This document shows, in pieces, positions 6,444-13,522 of a stretch of DNA of 13,522 nucleotides; the stretch's first letter is position 1; every line of letters starts with the position of its first letter. This DNA comes from Octopus sinensis (lineage: Eukaryota). A program made the translations under genes and the position numbers. The notes under the pieces were generated by a model. It worked only from the letters and a program-made list of their open reading frames with translations. It was not told the DNA's origin and ran no database searches. The stretch is taken from NCBI RefSeq assembly GCF_006345805.1, contig NW_021826085.1, positions 1-13,522 of the forward strand, in the 5' to 3' direction.

Positions 6444-9400
6444 AAACTCGCCTTCTGGAACATGATAAAACATTCCAACAAAGCAGATATATACGAGGGA
6501 TGGATGAACTCAACACCAATTATCCTCCCACGCAAGTTCCAGATAAAATTAATTCCTAACGAGCCTGACGGACAGAGAACTATTAGGGAAAAGTCAGCTC
6601 TGTTCAATTTAAGATCAGAAATTGAGCTTCTAAGACTAAGGGCCTCCACAAATGAGGAAAAATTTAAAAGCATCGACGAGGAGATGCACGATATAATACA
6701 AAAACATACCGAGGGACAACCCCTCGAAAATACATTAGATCATTGGAAGGATACCTGTGAAAAAGAAGAGAGAAATTCTCTCCTGCGCTGGGAGAAAAAC
6801 ATCGATTTCTTCCAAAAATATAGTTCAACTTTCAAAAATGAATTGGGTACAAATAATCCCTTCCTTAAGAAAATTACAAAAAATAAAAAAGAAAAACCAA
6901 ACAACCCACGAACAACCCCCAACTATCCTCCATACACCAAAAACAGAAATCACCCACAACCAACCTTTACAAACGACGCTAGACCTAACAGGGAACTAGC
7001 TGACAGACGACGCGTCTATGAAATAAATTACAACAAAAACAGAACACACCAACAACATCCTAATACCAGACCCAACCACCATACAGCACAAACCGACACT
7101 AGAATAAGAAATACACCACACACAAGTCGCTACTACCCCATGAACCAAAATTACTGGTCCCCACTGAACACAAGACAAACGCAAAACAACACTATGTCAA
7201 GCAACATCCCACATACAAGCAGTTCGAAACAAAAATATTTCACATACAGAAATTTTACACACACCACAAACAAAAACAACCATAGATTCCCACACACACA
7301 CAACGATCGGGGCAACAATACCGCCATTCCCCCGACCCATATCACACAACCTCACAGACAACTCATACAAACAAAATTACACCCAACATTTTTTAGCCAG
7401 GGACCAGAGACACCAGGACACAGGCTGGAACCTAGTAATAAGGAAAAACCGAAGATAATCAATCTCTCAACCAAACCTCTTTCTAACATAAAAATTGACA
7501 TCCTCTCAAAAGGGCTCAAATTTACACCAACTCCACGCAGAGCCAACCTAAATGAAATCAAGGATAATATAACAGAATTTTGCAGAAAATTAAGACTAGC
7601 AGAAGCATCAACCAGTTTCAATACTGAAGATGAATCACTAGTCAAGAACAAAAGTGAACACATCCCACACAGAGGAAGAAATAAAGATCTTGATGAATTC
7701 TGTAACCACATTGAGAACTTTCCCTACCATACTATACATGAACAGAAAGTTAACTCAAATTTTAACACTACGCAATGGAAGGAACTGATAGAACTTCAAA
7801 ATGATGAGGATATAACCATTAAGGAAGCAGACAAGGGAAATGCAGTTGTAATAATGGATACATCATACTATAGAAATCTTGTAATTTCCTTGCTTGATGA
7901 CAACCTACATTATGAAAGAATTACCAACTACACCCCGCAAAAAATAATGAAAACTTTATCTTCACTAATTAAAACCCATGAAAAGGAACTAACAACCAAA
8001 GAGATTGACTTTCTAACAAACTTTAAATGCAAACCTAGCCTTTTCTATGGTCTGCCAAAAATCCATAAAAGCCAAATTATAAATGAAACCATAAAAAAAT
8101 CACCAAAGACATACATACACACACCTAACCCGGGGGACCTAAAACTACGACCCATTGTAGCTGGCCCAACCTGTGAAACACACAGACTAAGTCTATTTAT
8201 GGACATCCTCCTGAAACCCTTCCTTAAACATATCGATAACCATATCAGAGATGACTTAGATATGTTAAACCACCTCCCAAAAAAAGCCAAGGAAGAAACA
8301 ATCCTGGTTTCATTTGATGTAGTTAACTTATATACCAGTATACCTCATAATTATGGACTAGAGGCAATACAGTTCTGGCTGGACCAATTTCCGGAAGAAA
8401 TACCAAATAGGATCAGTAAAGAATTCATTACTAAATCAATTGAATTCATCCTACATAATAACCACTTCATGTTTGACAATACATTTTACCGTCAAAAATC
8501 CGGAATTGCTATGGGTACAAGGGCAGCACCAGTCATTGCGAACCTAACAATGGGCTACATGGAAATAATCATTTACTAGGAATTTTTATCAATCTTTGGA
8601 AACCCCCTCTCTCAATACATAAAAGAGAATTGGAAACGATTCTTAGACGATTGTTTTATACTCTGGAATGAAAACACAGATAAACTCCTAAAATTTAAAA
8701 ACCTATTGAACAGCATAAACCCAAATATACAGTTCACAATGGAATACAACCAAAAGGAGCTCCCGTTCTTGGATATACTAATTAAAAGAATTAACCTTAA
8801 AATAGAAACGGACATTTTTTACAAAGCCACAGACGCCAAACAATACCTTCTTTTTAATTCATGCCACCCAAGACACACTAAAACAAACATCCCCTTCAAC
8901 CTTGCAAGAAGGATATGCACAATAGTGTCAGAACAAAATACCAGGAACTTTAGACTGCAAGAACTCAAAAACACCCTAATTGACAGACATTACCCAGCTC
9001 AACTCATAGAGGATGGGATCAGACGTGCAACAGAAATCAACATAGAAACTTTAAGAAAAATTCAACACAACAACACACCTTCCCCGAAAATACTACCTTA
9101 CATATCTATATACAACCCCAGAAACAAAGAAGCCTTCACCATCATCACCCAGAATTTACCAATACTTCATAAGGACCCCAAATAAAAGGAAATTCTAAAC
9201 ATACACCAAATCATTAAAAGCTACAAACAGCCTAAATCACTTAAAAAGATTCTCACAAAGGCAAAATTGTTTTCTGAAATTACGGATGCAAAAGTAAAAA
9301 AATGTGGTAGATCGAACTGTGCAACATGTCCAAACCTGCTAGAAGGATCAGAATTCCTCTTTAAAGAGAGACAGAAATTCAAGATCAAATCTAACTTTAC

Positions 9401-9746
9401 TTGTGCCTCTGCAAACATAATTTATGTCATAAAATGCTCGGGCTGCCACCAAGACTACGTGGGATCCACGGGACTATCACTCAGACGTAGATGCACACTG
9501 CATCGACAACAGATTGCATTCCCAGAATACAGAATGATACCTTTTAGTGAGCACATCGAGAAATGCGCAAAGCAACTACTACCACAATTTTTAATCTTTC
9601 CATTTTACCAATGTGCTATCGGATCATCAACACAAATTAGACTAAACAAGGAAACATTCTTCATTGAAAAGTACAAGCCCAGACTTAACCATGCCAACAT
9701 ACTGATACAGAGAAATTCACACCAAGGGAAAGGAAAAAAAAATTAA
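6444..9746 (+). pseudogene. PLE polyprotein: N-terminal domain, low-complexity linker, reverse transcriptase, CxxxxCxxC linker, GIY-YIG endonuclease; two premature stops, no frameshift
   Basis: Track ORFs 6378-8579, 8706-9185 and 9267-9746 share one frame. Motifs: LSKGLKFTPTP, ADKGNAVVIMD, FYGLPKIHK, LRPIV, SFDVVNLYTSIP, QKSGIAMGT, WKRFLDD (FLDD at 8640-8651, just after TAG 8577-8579), LPFLDI, CGRSNCATC, NIIY..C..C...YVGST..R..H. Confidence 0.92.
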
Positions 9747-9865
9747 AAAATTTTAAGCGATTATCTCCCTTACACCGGAAGAAATCACTCATTACCTCCC
9801 CTTATTTAGAACTCTTTTAAACATAAACATAAAGATAACTCTGTTCAAGATAAACATAACGTCGT

Positions 9866-9904
9866 AAGAAATTTGAAAAGCTAAACGCGAAACCGGTCTT
9901 TCTT
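9866..9904 (+). ncRNA. Candidate minimal type I hammerhead ribozyme with U3/A8 core in the PLE 3' region
   Basis: AAGAAA-T-TTGAAAA(9873-9879)-GC-TAAAC-GC-GAAA(9889-9892)-C-CG-G-TC(9898)-TTTCTT. Stem II GC/GC, palindromic ACCGGT stem III, 6-bp stem I with one extra T. Confidence 0.6.
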
Positions 9905-10019
9905 CTAAATTATGTCATTGTAAGAAAAAAATTTTTAATATTCTTCAGACATATTGACGCAAATATATATATTTTTTAACCTTTAAGCCTTCTGTAGTTC
10001 TTTCACTTTTTACTATTTT

Positions 10020-10029
10020 ATATATATAT

Positions 10030-10089
<60 letters not shown>

Positions 10090-10254
10090 CGACGGGCTTC
10101 TTTCAGTTTCCGTCTATACCAAATCCACTCACAAGGCATTGGTCGGCCCGGGGCTATAGCAGAAGACACTTGTCCAACATGCCACGCAGTGGGACTGAAC
10201 CCTGAACCATGTGGTTCGTAAGCATGCTACTTACCACTCAGCCACTCCTACGCC
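10020..10254 (-). mobile_element. 5' half of the split SINE: complete tRNA-derived head plus (TA)n
   Basis: Minus strand GGCGTAGGAGTGGCTGAGTGG (A box-like)...GGTTCAGTCC (B box-like)...GAAAGAAGCCCGTCG, then (TA)n at 10020-10089. Confidence 0.85.
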
Positions 10255-10275
10255 TTGATGAAACCATTTTGCAAA

Positions 10276-10510
10276 GTTGTGTCTAGGGAGAGTCGTTCTC
10301 TTTTGGTGCCTTATAATTTAACACACTCGCCGGTTAGATTTCCACTCATTTCTTTTTTTTATTTTTCTAAAATTTTCGTCAAAACTATTGAAAATGTTGC
10401 AAGACGCAACGAAAATTTTAGAAAAATAAAAAAGAAATGAGTGGAAATCTAACCGGCGAGTGTGTTAAATTATAAGGCACCAAAATAAAACGACTCTCCC
10501 TAGACACAAC
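10276..10510. mobile_element. MITE-like element with ~103 bp inverted arms and ~29 bp spacer
   Basis: 10276-10379 (GTTGTGTCTAGGGAGAGTCG...) is the near-perfect reverse complement of 10409-10510; no clear TSD. Confidence 0.8.
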
Positions 10511-10585
10511 AGAATATGCTTGAACACACGAATTCACATAAAGAATCTTGCAAACCAAATCCAAATACGAAACATTTTTCTAAAG

Positions 10586-10587
<2 letters not shown>

Positions 10588-10624
<37 letters not shown>

Positions 10625-10674
10625 TGAGCTCTCTCCCCCACTCTTTCTTTCTCTCTCTCTCTCTCTCTCTCTCT
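10588..10674. repeat. (CT)n microsatellite, interrupted
   Basis: Direct reading. Confidence 0.95.
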
Positions 10675-10789
10675 GGAGGAAATCGGTTGTGGTGACACCT
10701 GAAGAGGGATGGGAAGTCTTATGTTTAAAAATACTCCAGACAAGCCGTATGTCACGATGGCATTCCTGTTAGATGGGCTCAGTGCAAAG

Positions 10790-11143
<354 letters not shown>

Positions 11144-11184
11144 CAAAAAGTTATGCAATATACATTGATGCACACAATGGGTAC

Positions 11185-11216
<32 letters not shown>

Positions 11217-11493
11217 CGTTCTATACCTCTATAAATCTATCCGTTTTCACGTTTTCTCGCGGATAAAATTCGACATCCGGTTTGATATCGAACCCATGCC
11301 TGCTGCCAGCCGACATTTATCGTCTGGCTTAATGGAAAGAAAATGATTTCGCCATAGTAAAAGTTCTTATATGGAGAAGTCTTGCAGCGACGAAATAACG
11401 ACTGGATAATGGAATCAGAATGGAAGAAGGTGAGGTTTTCGATAGACAAATGGAGGGCGGTGGGTAGGTAGAGGGGGAATGGAGTGCGGTGGA

Positions 11494-12152
11494 TGATGGT
11501 GGTGAAGGAGGTGGTAGGGGTGATGTTGATGGTGGAGGTGGTAGGGGTGATGGTGGTGGTAGGGATGATGGTGGTGGAGGTGGTGGTAGGGGTGATGGTG
11601 GTGGAGGTGGTGGTGTTGGAGGTGGTGGTTTTAGAGGTGGTGGTGTTGGAGGTCGTGGTGGTTGTGTTGCTGTTGTTCATGATGGTGGTGTTGGTGGTGG
11701 TGGTGGTGGTGGTCATGGGGGTCATGATAGTGGTGATGGTGATAATGATGGTCATGATGATGATGATGATGGTGGCGGTGGTGATTGAGGTGGCGGTGTT
11801 GATGTAGGTGGTGGTGTTGGTGATAGAGGTGATAATGGTGGTGTGGTGGTGGTGGTGGTGGTGGTGATGCTGGTGGTTGTGATGGTGATGATGATGGTGG
11901 TGGTGGTTGTTGTGATGATGGTGATAGTGGTGGTGGTGGTGATGCTGGTGGTTGTGATGGTGATAGTGTCGTGGTGGTTGTCGTCGTCGTCATTGTGGTC
12001 GTGGTGGTGATAGTGATGATGATGGTGGTGGTGGTTGTTGTGATGATGGTGGTAGTGGTGGTAGCGGTGGTGCTGTGGTTTAAGTGATAGTCGTGGTGAT
12101 GGTGGTAGTGACGGTCGTTGCGGTGATGATGGTGATGCATGGTGGTGGCCAC
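11494..12152. repeat. Long degenerate (GGT/GAT)n array
   Basis: Direct reading; explains the Val, Gly, Thr and His ORFs. Confidence 0.95.
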
Positions 12153-12234
12153 GGCGTTGTCACTATTCTGAGCTGCACCTTCGTTCTTATCACTCGCTTC
12201 TCAGAAACTAACAACTGACACCCGTTCCACCTAC

Positions 12235-12312
12235 GACCACTACCACCAACACAACCACAAATACCACACCATTCAACAGCGCCACCACCACACCACCACC
12301 ACCACCTCCACC
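12235..12312. repeat. Degenerate (ACC)n array, opposite orientation to the preceding array
   Basis: Direct reading. Confidence 0.8.
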
Positions 12313-12760
12313 AACATAAAAAGATACGCTCTCCACACATCTACATTTCCAAACACACACACACACATACAAACCCCCACCACTTCGAAGGCAATCCTAC
12401 AAACCCAACTCTGCCCACCCCTACCAAAAAATACTTCACGCCTTCCCTCCCCTATCGCACTTCACCAAGTCTGAAAATATTTCGTTATCTTCACTATATA
12501 AAATTTTTTTTTATATATATAAAACTGCCGGGCCCACCTCATTCTTGCCGTCACTCTGTACAGCCCGCCTTTTTTTAACAGCGTTTCATGGAGTTGTTTT
12601 ACGATCTTCATCCACCCCTCTTCTACCACACTTATCCCAAACCCTACAATCCTTCCATCTGCAGCCACCTCAGCCCCTCAACCTCCACCCGTCTCTTTCT
12701 ATTTTCTCTATAACTCGATATCCGTGATTCTGTCTTTGTCTCTGTATTTGTGTGCGTGTG

Positions 12761-13095
12761 TATACACTTTAACACAAAACATGTATATATACATATATGC
12801 ATATATATGCATATGTGTGTGTGTGTGTCTATGCATATATATATATATATACATACTATTTATATGTGTATATATACATGTATATATGACGTTATATGTG
12901 TGTGTACGTTCGTGTCTGTATACACTTGCACACAGAAGATATGTATAGATACATATATGCATATATATATGTGTGTATGTGTATGTGTCTATGCATATAT
13001 ACATACATATATATACATACTATTTATATATGTATCTATACATGTGTATATGACGTTATATGTTTGTGTGTGAATACGTTTGTGTGTATGTATAC
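12761..13095. repeat. Two diverged ~160 bp TA/TG-rich tandem units
   Basis: TATACACTT at 12761 and 12919; ATGACGTTATATGT at 12886 and 13050. Confidence 0.75.
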
Positions 13096-13304
13096 ATATA
13101 GTAAATATAATATATACATAATATATACACACATATAATACATATAATATATATGTATATATATGTTATATGCATATATATATATAATATATATATATAT
13201 ATAGATACATATAATTATATATGTATATATTTACATATATATATACACACACACACACACACGTACGTACATAAATATACACATACACGCCCATGCATAG
13301 ATTT

Positions 13305-13522
13305 TTCACACACCCATACACACACACACACATACACACCCATACACACACACACACATACACACCCATACACACACACACACATACCCACCACACACAT
13401 ACACACCCATACACACACACACACATACACACCCATACACACACACACACATACACACCCATACACACACACACACACATACACACCCATACACACACAC
13501 ACACACATACACACCCATACAC
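13305..13522. repeat. CA-based minisatellite, ~24-26 bp unit (TACACACCCATA(CA)n)
   Basis: Direct reading; runs off the window end. Confidence 0.9.

Larger units (their letters stand above)
6444..10019 (+). mobile_element. Penelope-like retroelement (GIY-YIG, Neptune-like), probably 5'-truncated
   Basis: RT, Cys linker and GIY-YIG in one frame; ~270 bp 3' region with hammerhead-like motif; (TA)n on both sides; no 5' pLTR seen. Confidence 0.93.

Noticed and set aside
8706-9746. Separate genes for the 159-aa ORFs
   Set aside because: They are in frame with the upstream RT and are fragments of one interrupted ORF.
9942-9948. Minus-strand CTGAAGA as another hammerhead core
   Set aside because: No stem II or GAAA at suitable spacing.

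Overview
AT-rich, microsatellite-dense eukaryotic DNA with no recognisable intact cellular gene. It is probably from an octopus, inferred from tRNA-derived SINEs resembling the octopus OK-type families (recognised from memory, not searched). The main feature is a ~3.6 kb, probably 5'-truncated Penelope-like retroelement (PLE, + strand, ~6444-10019). It has one RT + Cys-linker + GIY-YIG reading frame of ~1100 codons broken only by two in-frame stops (TAG 8577-8579, TAA 9183-9185). It sits inside the internal (TA)n tract of a SINE, which it splits into halves at 6196-6443 and 10020-10254. Its 3' UTR holds a candidate minimal type I hammerhead ribozyme with a variant U3/A8 core (9866-9904). An orphan hammerhead-like motif with a canonical core lies at 488-524, and a weaker antisense one at 307-355. 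The rest comprises three inverted-repeat (MITE/foldback) elements, further SINE copies, two related head-to-tail arrays of an unclassified ~550 bp (ATT)n-flanked repeat (one ending in 5 x 22 bp), and long simple repeats that explain nearly all low-complexity ORFs in the track. A few unique islands carry weak regulatory or splice-like signals. All alignments and folds were done by eye.
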